Shown: positions 23,324 to 33,746 of the stretch, one piece after another
Layout of the letters: each line of letters starts with the position of its first letter
Numbering within the stretch: position 1 is the first letter of the stretch
DNA from: Octopus sinensis
Lineage: Eukaryota
DNA length: 47,849 nucleotides
Assembly: GCF_006345805.1 (NCBI RefSeq)
Contig: NW_021834595.1
Location: 1-47,849 of the forward strand
Reading direction: 5' to 3'
Notes under the pieces: model-generated
What the model was told of the DNA's origin: nothing
Databases searched by the model: none
Seen by the model: only the letters and a program-made list of their open reading frames with translations
Made by a program: the position numbers and the translations under genes

Positions 23324-23780
23324 CATGCCAACCTCATTAACAGTGCAGTTCTGCCTGCAATGTTATATGGTTGTGAAATATGGGCTACCACAAAGAGAGA
23401 AGAGCAAAGACTGATAACGGCTCAAAGAGCCATGGAAAGGTCAATGCTTGGTATCTCGTTGTGAGAGCACATAAATAGCAACATCATCAGAAAGAAGTCC
23501 GGCGTGGGAGATGTCATCGCAGAGTATACTCGCAGCAAGTATAGATGGGCTGGACACGTCGCCTGGCTCACCGATAATCGGTGGACGTACGCAGTCGTCG
23601 AGTGGTACCAGCGCGAGCGGAAAAGACCACCCGGAAGACCTCCACGACGGTGGAGTGACGATTTCAGGAGGATGATTGGGATCACGTGGATGAGAAAGGC
23701 GTGATCTGGAGAGGAGTGGACAGCGTGCTGTGACCAGCGGTGTCAAATTGATGCCTGACAGACTGGTCGGTCAAGGTGAT
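23324..23780 (+). pseudogene. 5'-truncated RTE-clade LINE, ORF C-terminus and 3' end
   Basis: HANLINSAVLPAMLYGCEIW..RAMERSMLGISL*EH..KYRWAGHVAWLTDNRWT..RPPGRPPRRWSDD; stops at 23462-64 and 23702-04. Confidence 0.9.
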
Positions 23781-23873
23781 ATATATATATATATGTATGT
23801 ATGTATGTATGTATATATACATACATATACACATATACATACTTACATTTATATATATATATATATACATATT

Positions 23874-23934
<61 letters not shown>

Positions 23935-23938
23935 ACAT

Positions 23939-24092
23939 AACCACCCGGAAGGCCTCCACAACGGTGGAGTAACAATTTCAAGAGGACGATTGGGATCACG
24001 TGGATGAGAAAGGCGTGATCCAGAGAGGAGTGGACAGCGTGCTGTGACCAGCGGTGTCAAATGGACGCCTGACGGACTGGTCGGTCAAGGTG
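23939..24092 (+). mobile_element. Second copy of the RTE 3' end, running into a SINE AB head (24090-24247)
   Basis: Matches ~23624-23778. Confidence 0.8.
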
Positions 24093-24249
24093 TGGCTGTG
24101 TGGTAAGTAGCTTGCTAACCAACCACATGGTTCCGGGTTCAGTCCCACTGCATGGCATCTTGGGCAAGTGTCTTCTGCTATAGCCTCGGGCCGACCAAAG
24201 CCTTGTGAGTGGATTTGATAGACGGAAACTGAATGAAGCCCGTCGTATA

Positions 24250-24975
24250 TATAATAATAATAATAATAATGAAATTATTGTATACAGTGCTCAGGTGCAC
24301 CACAACTTGTCAAAAAGTGCATATAAAGTATATGCAGTAATGTAAAAATGTCTGGAAAGCGAACAATGCATGAGTCAGATACATGCTTGTGTGTGTATGG
24401 AGGGGAGAAAATCAGGTGTAGTGTTGGCAAATCTCACAAAGCATGGAAGTTTTGAAGGATGCAGTGTTCCGACAACTAACAACTGATGCTGGCAGTTTGT
24501 TCCATGCTTCAGCAACTCTCAGCGTGAAAAAATGTTTCCTGAAGTCATGGGAGCTGTGCTGTTTTCTGACTTTGTAAATATGTCCACGGGTGTTAGATGG
24601 GTGGAGTTTGAAAAGGTGCTCAGAGTTATTGTTTGTAAGATGGTTGATAATTTTATGGGTGTCTGCCAAGTCAGCTGCCAGACGTCGGAGTTTCAATGTG
24701 TCCATGCCCAGGGAAGTAAGGCGTTCAGAATATGGCAAATGCCTGATGGAGGGTATTCTTTTGGTTGCACGTCGCTGAACAGCTTCCAGACGATTGATAT
24801 CCTGGGCAAGATAGGGGTTCCAGACCGGTGATGCAAATTCCAGGTGAGGTCTTACCATAGCTATATAAAGCCACAGATAGATAGCCGGAGAGTGGCTCAC
24901 AAAGGATTTCGTGAGTGATGCCAAGACACCCTCAGCCTTCTTGACAATTTTAGCGATGTGTTTTGTCCAACGCAA
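24250..24975 (-). pseudogene. 5'-truncated CR1-like LINE (RT C-terminal region, 3' UTR, (ATT)n tail)
   Basis: Open 24975-24412: RPHLEFASPVWNPY..DINRLEAVQRRATK..YSERL..LRRL..TRGH..RKHFFTLRVAEAWNKLP; 3' UTR ends ATTTCATT(ATT)n at ~24250. Confidence 0.9.
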
Positions 24976-25384
24976 ATATATATATGTATATATATATGTG
25001 TGTGTGTGTTTATGTGTTCGTGTTTGTCCCCCTAAATACTTGACATATTTAATTTTCTACCATTATGTGGTGGTGAATTAATCACTTTCCCAGCATAACC
25101 ATACCATTTGGTTGTCGGGTATTTTTAGCAGAGTCTGCTCTCTCACTAGCATTCGAGCCAGATGTCCTTTTTTAACCCTTTAGCATTCAGATTAATCTGT
25201 CAAATGTAAAGCCTGTTTAATCACATTGTTTTAAATTAATTGTACAGCATCTTGTAACTCCGAGATTTTGATGATATCCCTGTTTATTTTTAGAATGACT
25301 TTGTAGGGTAGGTGTAAGAGGTCAGAGCTGGCAGGTTTGAGCATAAAACAGAAACACAATTTTGGCCTGATATGGCCGGTTTAA

Positions 25385-26051
25385 CCCCTTTCATTTCATT
25401 TCATTTCATTTGAGTTTGAGTCCATGCTCAGGCCAAGTCGAAGACTCCACCCTCAGAGTCTGGTGTGGTTGCCAGGTTGTATTCTCTGTTTAATTTTGAC
25501 ATGTGTAGGAGCGAGTTTGAGTCAGTTTGTGCTCGTTGTGTATATCCTGGGAGATGGGGTTCATCTCTAATGGTGCTTAAGTATCTATCCAGCTGCAATT
25601 TGAATAATTCCACACTGCATCCTGATAGATTTCTGACATGTACCGGAATGGAGTTGAATAGTGGTGCTCCTCGAACCAACAGACTTGACTCTCGCAGGGT
25701 TTTTGCTGCCTGGCCAGCCTTTTTGTTGATTGTTGATTGGTGGTAGCTTACCCAACAATTATTTTGAAAATAAATGTATTTTTTCAGACATATTTTTTAA
25801 TTGTTTTATTTTACTATGTTTTGAATGGTGATTTCGAGGTATATTTCAAACCTTATTTATTATGAATTTTAATTCAGTAATATTGATTTTAAATTACGGC
25901 ATTGGGCAGAAACGAGTTAACCCGTTTTTAGACGAAGGAACTCGTTTGCTGTCGATTTTGGCAAGTCTATCTTTTGACGAGTTAACTCGCCAGAGATGGA
26001 AAAAAACGATTTCGGTCAAAACGCATATATTCGTTTCTGCCGGGTAAGGGG
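25385..26051. mobile_element. Inner piggyBac-like element inserted at TTAA
   Basis: TTAA at 25381-84 and 26052-55; ends CCCCTT(ACCC, resumed after the LINE) / GGGTAAGGGG. Confidence 0.55.
25390..25746 (-). pseudogene. 3' fragment of a CR1/L2-group LINE with (TGAAA)n tail
   Basis: VRGAPLFNSIPVHVRNLSGCSVELFKLQLDRYLSTIRDEPHLPGY..DSNSLLHM; (TTTCA)n at 25390-25410. Confidence 0.75.
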
Positions 26052-26235
26052 TTAAACACTAAGGGGTTAAAGTTGAGTACAGAGAAATATTCTGAAATAT
26101 TTGTGCATTGTGCAAGGAGATAGGTTTGAAATATTACCAGTTAAATAGAAAAAGAAGAACAAAGCCTTTAAAATTTTAGCACCAGAAGCAGGTTTACTTA
26201 ACTAAAAGTAATAAATCTGTATTATTTATATTTAC

Positions 26236-26560
26236 ATATGTGTGTATATGTATATGTGTGTGTGTATATGTGTGTGAGTGTGTGTATACTTATACATACA
26301 TATGCATATGAATATATGTGTGTGTGTATGTATATGTGTGTGAGTGTGTGTGTGTGTATACTTATACATACATATGCATATGAATATATGTGTGTATGTA
26401 TGTATATGTGTGTGAGTGTGTGTGTGTGTGTATGCTTATAAATACATATGCATATGAATGTATGTGTGTATGTGTGTATATGTATATGTGTGTGTGTGTG
26501 TGTGTATACTTATACATACATATGCATATGAATATATGTGTGCATATGTATGTATATGCA
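26236..26560. repeat. ~58-bp higher-order microsatellite repeat x4
   Basis: GTGTATACTTATACATACATATGCATATGAATAT recurs. Confidence 0.85.
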
Positions 26561-26898
26561 TATGTATATAAATATATATATTTGTATATTTGTCTGTGTG
26601 CATGAGTTTGTGTGTATATGTGTGTATAAATATATATATGTATACTTATACATATATATATATACATGTTTGTATATGTATGCATATATATTCTTCTATA
26701 TAAATATATGTGTATATATATATATGAGTGTGTATGTGCGTGTGTGTGTGTGTGTATTATGCATGTGTATATACACACACACACATGCACACGCACACAC
26801 ACACACATATACACGGACATACATGTATATGCATGTATATCTATAGTTTGATATGAATAAATAGATATAAGTAGATATTAATAAATACATAGATACAT

Positions 26899-26930
<32 letters not shown>

Positions 26931-27090
26931 GCACACACACACAGGGGGTGAGGGGGAGGGAGACGGAGGCAAGGAGAGAGAGAGAAAGAGAGGAGCAAAA
27001 GAGATAGTTATAGATAGAATGCAAATAAATAGACAGACAGACAGACCGGTGGACAGATAGATAACAATTAATATAAATAGTAATAGCTAT

Positions 27091-27420
27091 GGATGGAAGC
27101 ACTCCGTCGGTTACGACGACGAGGGTTCCGGTTGATCCGATCAACGGAACAGCCTGCTCGTGAAATTAACATGTAAGTGGCTGAGCACTCCACAGACACA
27201 TGTACCCTTAACGTAGTTCTCGGGGATATTCAGCGTGACACAGAGAGTGACAAGGCCGGCTCCTTGAAATACAGGTACAACAGAAACAGGAAGTAAGAGT
27301 GAGAGAAAGTTGTGGTGAAAGAGTACAGCAGGGATCACCACCATCCCTGCCGGAGCCTCGTGGAGCTTTTAGGTGTTTTCGCTCAATAAACACTCACAAC
27401 GCCCGGTCTGGGAATCAAAA
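27091..27420 (-). mobile_element. SINE family D (tail D1), head truncated by the SINE AB array
   Basis: Family match. Confidence 0.8.
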
Positions 27421-27567
27421 CCTTTCAGTTTCCGTCTACCGAATCCACTCACAAAGCTTTTGTTAGCTTGATGCTATAGTAGAAGACACTTGCCCAAGGT
27501 GCCATGCAGTGGGACTGAACCCAGAAACATGTGGTTTGCAAGCAAGCTACTTACCACACAGCCACTC

Positions 27568-27604
<37 letters not shown>

Positions 27605-27771
27605 TATATATATATACGATGCGCATCTTTCAGTTTCCGTCTACCAAATCCACTCACAAGGCATTGGTCGCCCTGAGGCTATAATAGAAGACACTTGCCC
27701 AAGGTACCACACAGTGGGACTGAACCCGGAACCATGTGGTTGGCAAGCAAGCTACTTACCACCCAGCCACT

Positions 27772-27810
<39 letters not shown>

Positions 27811-27975
27811 GCAAGAGGCTTCTTTCTTTTTCCCTCTACCAAATCCACTCACAAGGTTTTTGTCGGCCCTAGGCTATAATAGAAGACACTTGCCCAAGGT
27901 GCCATGCAGTGGGACTGAACCGGAACCATGTAGTTCGTAAGCAAGCTACTTACCGCACAGCCACTCCTACGCCTA
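27421..27975 (-). mobile_element. Tandem array of three SINE AB head modules separated by (TA)n
   Basis: Copies at ~27421-27568, 27617-27774, 27813-27974. Confidence 0.85.
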
Positions 27976-28361
27976 CATAGAGATTTTTCTGGAACCGCCA
28001 TCTTGTACACAACAATAAACTACTGACTGTTGCTATATTTTATTTCTTCACTCAAGAATTTATTGAGTTAGATTATATATAAAAGAGCCAAAAAACTTCC
28101 AGGGAAGGCAACAAATAATTTATTATTATGTGCAAGAAGATATTTGTGGAAAAAACAGAGCCAATTTTAGTCACTGATATGAAATATAATACTTCAGAGA
28201 GGTCTTTACCGAAACATTGCATAAAGCTTGGATGAATAAATTTAGTGTGCAGCACGACCAGGGTGAATTAGCAAGCAAAATTTTTTGATAGAATATACAC
28301 ACATATACACACACACACCCACACATATAAATAAATACATATGTATGTATGTAATACATGC

Positions 28362-28397
<36 letters not shown>

Positions 28398-28404
28398 TTT
28401 CTCT

Positions 28405-28618
28405 CTCTCTCTTTTCTCTCTTACTTGTTTCAGTCATTTGACTGCGGCCATGCTGGAGCACCGCCTTTAGTCGAGCAAATCGACCCCGGGACTTATTCTT
28501 TTGTAAGCCCAGTACTTATTCTATCGGTCTCTTTTTGCCGAACCGCTAAGTGACGGGGACGTAAGCACACCAGCATCGGTTGTCAAGCAATGCTAGGGGT
28601 ACAAACACAGACACACAA

Positions 28619-28657
<39 letters not shown>

Positions 28658-28820
28658 CGACAGGCTTCTTTCAGTTTCCGTCTACCAAATCCACTCACAA
28701 GGCATTGGTCGGCCCGGGGCTATAGCAGCAGACACTTGCCCAAGATGCCACGCAGTGGGACTGAACCCGGAACCATGTGGTTGGTTAGCAAGCTACTTAC
28801 CACACAGCCACTCCTGCGCC
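28405..28820 (-). mobile_element. SINE AB, full length
   Basis: Family consensus match. Confidence 0.85.
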
Positions 28821-28873
28821 TATATGTATATGTATATATATATATTATTTATATATATATATTTATATATATA

Positions 28874-28924
<51 letters not shown>

Positions 28925-28934
<10 letters not shown>

Positions 28935-29303
28935 AGGCAGGTTGTCTGTCTGTGTGTCTGTGTGTCTGTCAGGTTGTACCCTCACCCTGACCACGGCTTT
29001 CAACCGATTCTGATGAAACTTGACACACACATAGCCCAATGTCATAATTCAAAACTAACGCAGCGAAAATTTTGAAAAGTTCCCCCAGTTCTGAAAAAAA
29101 TCGATAAATTCGACATGGGGTCGAGAATCAGAAACACAAACCACAGACTGTCTAGGGGACGCAACTCGACCTTTTTTAACTCTCAAAAAAAATTTACCAT
29201 CATTTTTTTCCCATTTTTTTGCTATTTTTTGGCTATAACTCTCTAAAAATGCTTTATAGTTATTTCCCTTACAAACCTGAGCAACGCCGGGCGATACTGC
29301 TAG
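28925..29303 (+). mobile_element. Non-autonomous Helitron
   Basis: 3' CCTGAGCAACGCCGGG-CGATACTG-CTAG|T at 29300-04; 5' half homologous to the 6194-6605 element; 5' end lost in (TA)n. Confidence 0.75.
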
Positions 29304-29379
29304 TATATATATATATGTAAAAGAAGTTTGAAAACGCCACTATATAAGATAAATTTTAATTTTCTTAGAGATTTTACAT

Positions 29380-29537
29380 GTTTTGGTTTTCCTTGTTTCT
29401 TTCTGTGTTCCTTTCTGTGGAAGAGCGTAGGCTCGAAACGTTAAAGACCTTTTCACTTCCTGAGCATTAAACTAATACATCTGTTTGTTGTCTACACCAC
29501 CTGTCTTCGTCTTTTGTTTTTTTGTGAATTCTCCCTA
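29380..29537 (+). mobile_element. Penelope-like terminal-repeat remnant with variant hammerhead-like core
   Basis: CTGTGGA 29415-21, A, GAGC-GTAG-GCTC, GAAA 29435-38, CGTT; homologous copies (minus strand) at ~46040-46205 and ~47635-47800. Confidence 0.5.
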
Positions 29538-29542
29538 TATAT

Positions 29543-29593
<51 letters not shown>

Positions 29594-29623
29594 GGTCCCG
29601 GGTTGAGTCGGGGTTAACCACAG

Positions 29624-29825
29624 TAAATAAGGTACTCAATACATAGCAGAGTAAATTAATTTATTTTATAGAAGGAGCTTCTACAGGACTAGAACTGTTT
29701 CATTCAGATGAAATCATCAGGAAGCTTCCTGATGATTTCTTTTGAATGAAACAGTTCTAGTCCTGTAGAAGCTCCTTCTATAAAATAAATTAATTTACTC
29801 TGCTATGTATTGAGTACCTTATTTA
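29624..29825. mobile_element. 202-bp spacer-less palindrome (2 mismatches) with a hammerhead on each strand
   Basis: Centre AAG|CTT at 29724/29725. Confidence 0.9.
29723..29773 (+). ncRNA. Putative type I hammerhead ribozyme
   Basis: Stem I AGCTTC 29723-28 / GAAGCT 29768-73; CTGATGA 29729-35; T-TTC-tttt-GAA-T; GAAA 29748-51; stem III ACAG/CTGT with 8-nt loop; GTA with predicted cut after 29767. Confidence 0.65.
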
Positions 29826-29932
29826 TTATATATATAATATATATATATATATATTGGTAAAAATGGTAAGATAACAAAAGAAAGAAAGAGACCTTAATAT
29901 TATGTAAATAGAGGAAATTTATCTATAAAATA

Positions 29933-30114
29933 ATGTTACAATTACTCAATAGTCAAGATAAAACTCTGAGTTTCAGATGCCGAAGTGGAAATCCACAACA
30001 CCATCACTTCGGTTATCTGGCCATCTGATGGCCAGATAATGGAAGAGATGGTGTTGTGGATTTCCACTTCGGCATCTGAAACTCAGAGTTTTATCTTGAC
30101 TATTGAGTAATTGT

Positions 30115-30119
<5 letters not shown>
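29933..30119. mobile_element. 187-bp palindrome with degenerate hammerhead-like folds
   Basis: Centre T30026; 3 mismatches; GAAA-CTCA..TGAG-TA stem III geometry; core degenerate. Confidence 0.8.
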
Positions 30120-30160
<41 letters not shown>

Positions 30161-31203
30161 TATATATATATATATATATATGTACGAGCAAAACGCCCCC
30201 CATCCAATGGATGCGATGCTGAATTGTCAAACATTTAAACCAAATTTTCTCAAAACAACTTGTCCGACCGTCCCATAGGCCTCCCCTTTGAGAAACACTG
30301 ATTTAACCTAAATTTGAGACACCAGCAAAAGAAGAAATAAAGATGGACTTTTTTTCTATTCCAAGAAAAACGATTTTACAATTGCACGTTCCCACGGCTT
30401 TATCGATCGCATTCTCACCTGGAATCGATTTTTTGTAATTTTTTCAAGGCTTAAACATGCCCTGATACCGTCGGTATCTACATATCAAATTTGAGCGCAG
30501 TCAGATGGAGGATGCCCGAGATCCTACAAGACACACAGACAGAATGGATTTTATATAATACATGAGCAAAACGCCCCCCTCCTACGGACGGTGCTGAGTT
30601 GTCAAACATTTAAACCAAATTTTCTCAAAACAACTTGTCCGACCGTCCCATAGGCCTCCCCATTGCGAAACACTGATTTGAGACACCAGCAAAAGAAGGA
30701 ATAAAGACAGACTTTTTTCTATTCCAAGAAAAACGATTTTACAAATGCACGTTCCCACGGCTTTATCGGTCGCATTCTCACCTGGAATCGATTTTTGTAA
30801 TTTTTTCAAGACTTATACATGCCCTGATACCGTCGGTATCTACATATCAAATTTGAGCGCAATCGGATGGAGGATGCCCGAGATCCTACAAGACACACAG
30901 ACAGAACGGATTTTATATAATACACGAGCAAAACGCCCCCCTCCTACTGACGGTGCTGAATTGTCAAACATTTAAACTAAATTTTCTCAAAACAACTTGT
31001 CCGACCGTCCCATAGGCCTCCCCTTTGAGAAACACTGATTTAACCTAAATTTGAGACACCAGCAAAAGAAGAAATAAAGATGGACTTTTTTTCTATTCCA
31101 AGAAAAACGATTTTACAAATGCACGTTCCCACGGCTTTATCGATCGCATTCTCACCTGGAATCGATTTTTGTAATTTTTTCAAGACTTATACATGCCCTG
31201 ATA

Positions 31204-31435
31204 CCTATTTCTTTATTACCCACAAGGGGCTTAACACAGAGGGGACAAACAAGGACAGACATAGGTATTAAGTCGATTACATCGACCCAGTGCGTAACTG
31301 GTACTTAATTTATCGACCCCGAAAGGATGAAAGGCAAAGTCGACCTCAGCGGAATTTGAACTCAGAACGTAACGGCAGACGAAATACCGCTAAGCATTTC
31401 GCCCGGCGTGCTAACGTTTCTGCCAGCTCGCCACC
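31204..31435 (-). mobile_element. tRNA-derived SINE family C (Nin-like central domain)
   Basis: GAGTTCAAATTCC B-box-like; GTCGACTTTGCCTTTCATCCTTTCGGGGTCGATAAATTAAGTACC resembles the Nin domain; approximate TSD CTGATRC. Confidence 0.75.
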
Positions 31436-31820
31436 TGATGCTGTCGGTATCTACATATCAAGTTTGAGTGCAATCGGATGGAGGATGCCCGAGATCCTAC
31501 AAGACACACAGACAGAATGGATTTTATATAACACACGAGCAAAACGCCCCTCACCCCGTCCAATGAACGGTGCTGAGTTGTCAAACATTTAAACTAAATC
31601 TTCTCAAAACAACTTGTCCGACCGTCCCATAGGCCTCCCCTTTGAGAAACACTGATTTAACCTAAATTTGAGACACCAGCAAAAGAAGAAATAAAGATGG
31701 ACTTTTTTTCTATTCCAAGAAAAACGATTTTACAAATGCACGTTCCCATGGCTTTATTGATCGCATTCTCATCTGGAATCGATTTTTGTAATTTTTTCAA
31801 GACTTATACATGCCCTGATA

Positions 31821-32053
31821 CCTATTTCTTTATTACCCACAAGGGGCTAAACACAGAGGGGACAAACAAGGACAGACATAGGTATTAAGTCGATTACATT
31901 GACCCCAGTGCGTAACTGGTACTTAATTTATCGACCCCAAAAAGATGAAAGGCAAAGTCGACCTCGGCGGAATTTGAACTCACAACGTAACGGCAGACGA
32001 AATACCGCTAAGCATTTCGCGCAGCGTGCTAACATTTCTACCAGCTCGCCGCC
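31821..32053 (-). mobile_element. SINE family C, same insertion site in the next array unit
   Basis: Same junctions as 31204-31435. Confidence 0.75.
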
Positions 32054-32522
32054 TGATGCCGTCGGTATCTACATATCAAATTTGAGCGCAATCGGATGGA
32101 GGATGCCCGAGATCCTAGAAGACACACACACAGACAGACAGAACAGATTTTATATGAGAGATATACATATAAATAGGAACTGTGGTTTTTGATCAGAAAA
32201 AGATCCTTTTAAAGATGTTTAGTGTTAAAAAAAAAACAGTGATCATCAAAGCTAGTGAAAACATAGACTGCCCCAGGCATAGATATAATGTATATTACTG
32301 AACTACTTTGATGGATAAAGTTTATATTACTGAATTACTTCAAAGGAATAACTTGAATTTTTTCTACTTGTGCAATACTTTTACTAATCAGTAAATACTT
32401 TTTATGCTATTTTGGATAGATTTGATGGTTTCTGTAAAAGGGGAAAGATAATAATATCTCATCCAAAAATAAATATTTGAAAAGCATCGAAAAATATCGA
32501 TGGCTGGGAGATGAAAGCTTAC

Positions 32523-32607
32523 TAAAAGTAGCCATCCTCAGTTTCCTCCATGGCCTCAAGGTGGCTCTGGGATTCGGCACAGTGGGTGTTTGGGCTAAAT
32601 TTGACAG
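32523..32607 (-). CDS. Weak candidate internal exon, product unknown
   Basis: Pyrimidine-rich acceptor ..ctccttttatgcaag| and donor TTTA|gtaagc; 85 nt; two open frames (LSNLAQTPTVPNPRATLRPWRKLRMATF or VKFSPNTHCAESQSHLEAMEETEDGYF). Confidence 0.2.
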
Positions 32608-32693
32608 CTTGCATAAAAGGAGAAAGAATACATAATATTCCTTCCAAAAATGGAAGTATTTTTTAAAAATCAAAAAAAAAAAAATTAACTAAA

Positions 32694-33105
32694 AGGCGTA
32701 GGAGTGGTTGTGTGGTAGGTAGCTTGTTTACCAACCACATGGTTCCGGGTTCAGTCCCACTGCGTGGCACCTTGGGCAAGTGTCTTCTGCTATAGCCTCG
32801 GGCTGACCAAAGCCTTGTGAGTGGATTTGGTAGACGGAAACTGAAAGAAGCCCGTCGTATGTATGTATATATATATATATATATATATGCGTCTGTGTGT
32901 TTGTGTCTGTGTTTGTCCTCCTAGCATTGCTTGACAACCGATGCTGGTGTGTTTATGTCCCCATTACTTAGCGGTTCGGCAAAAGAGACCGATAGAATAA
33001 GTACTGGGCTTACAAAAGAATAAGTCCCAGGGTCGAGTTGCTCGACTAAAGGCGGTGCTCCAGCATGGCCGCAGTCAAATGACTGAAACAAGTAAAAGAA
33101 AGAAA
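32694..33105 (+). mobile_element. SINE AB, full length
   Basis: Family consensus match. Confidence 0.85.
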
Positions 33106-33285
33106 AAGAAAGAAACTAAATTACGGCTGATAATTAATGAGAATTAATTACAAGTAGCTGCCCTTAATTTCCACCACGGCAAAAATTTGAAAAATATGAT
33201 AAGAGATAAAATTTAATTACAAAATTTTCATTGTCCTCAGAATGCTGTTTTTATGTCTCTTGGGTCACTGCTTTCTCTTTCTCAG

Positions 33286-33351
33286 ACAATTTTCTATTTG
33301 CAGCAAGCACAAAGAACGTTTAAAGGAATGGGAATCGGATAGAGTTCATTA
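33286..33351 (+). CDS. Candidate internal exon, product unknown
   Basis: Acceptors ctttctctttctcag| (33285) or ttttctatttgcag| (33303); donor TTA|gtaagt; frame-preserving 66 or 48 nt: QFSICSKHKERLKEWESDRVH. Confidence 0.3.
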
Positions 33352-33504
33352 GTAAGTTGCATTGAAATTGGTGACCGATTCACATATATATATATATTAT
33401 ATATATATAAGCAATATAGGATGAAGTCCCTTACTCTACAGCAAAGGAATTCATCAGGAAGCGTGGGCAGTATATTTAAAAAAACCGTTACGGTTGCAAT
33501 ATAC

Positions 33505-33697
33505 ATCATATAATTAAGGGCTAAAGAGGGTTATTCTAAAGCCAAATACACTGTTTTATCCACTTATAATCCGCTTGTTACAGGAAAATTGAAACTGAAT
33601 TATAAGTGGATTATAAGTGAATTATAAGCGGATTATAAGTGGATAAAACAGTGTATTTGGCTTTAGAATAACCCTCTTTAGCCCTTAATTATATGAT
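33505..33697. repeat. Foldback element with perfect 72-bp inverted arms and internal 11-bp direct repeats
   Basis: 33505-33576 is the exact reverse complement of 33626-33697; TTATAAGTGGA-type units x4. Confidence 0.9.
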
Positions 33698-33746
33698 ATT
33701 ATATATATATATATATATTATATATATATATATATATATATTTCAT

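Larger units (their letters stand above)
25176..26066. mobile_element. piggyBac-type MITE interrupted by nested insertions
   Basis: TTAA 25172-75 + CCCTTTAGCAT; resumes ACACTAAGGGG 26056-66 + TTAA 26067-70. Confidence 0.6.
30185..32161 (-). mobile_element. Four-unit tandem array of a ~370-bp Helitron-like element
   Basis: Units start at ~30185, 30563, 30925, 31536; outer 5' end A|TCTCTCATATAAAA; 3' end imperfect hairpin + CTCG|T (CTRR variant). Confidence 0.6.

Noticed and set aside
33440-33470. CTGATGA on the minus strand resembling the 29.7-kb ribozyme
   Set aside because: No GAAA or stem III at the required position
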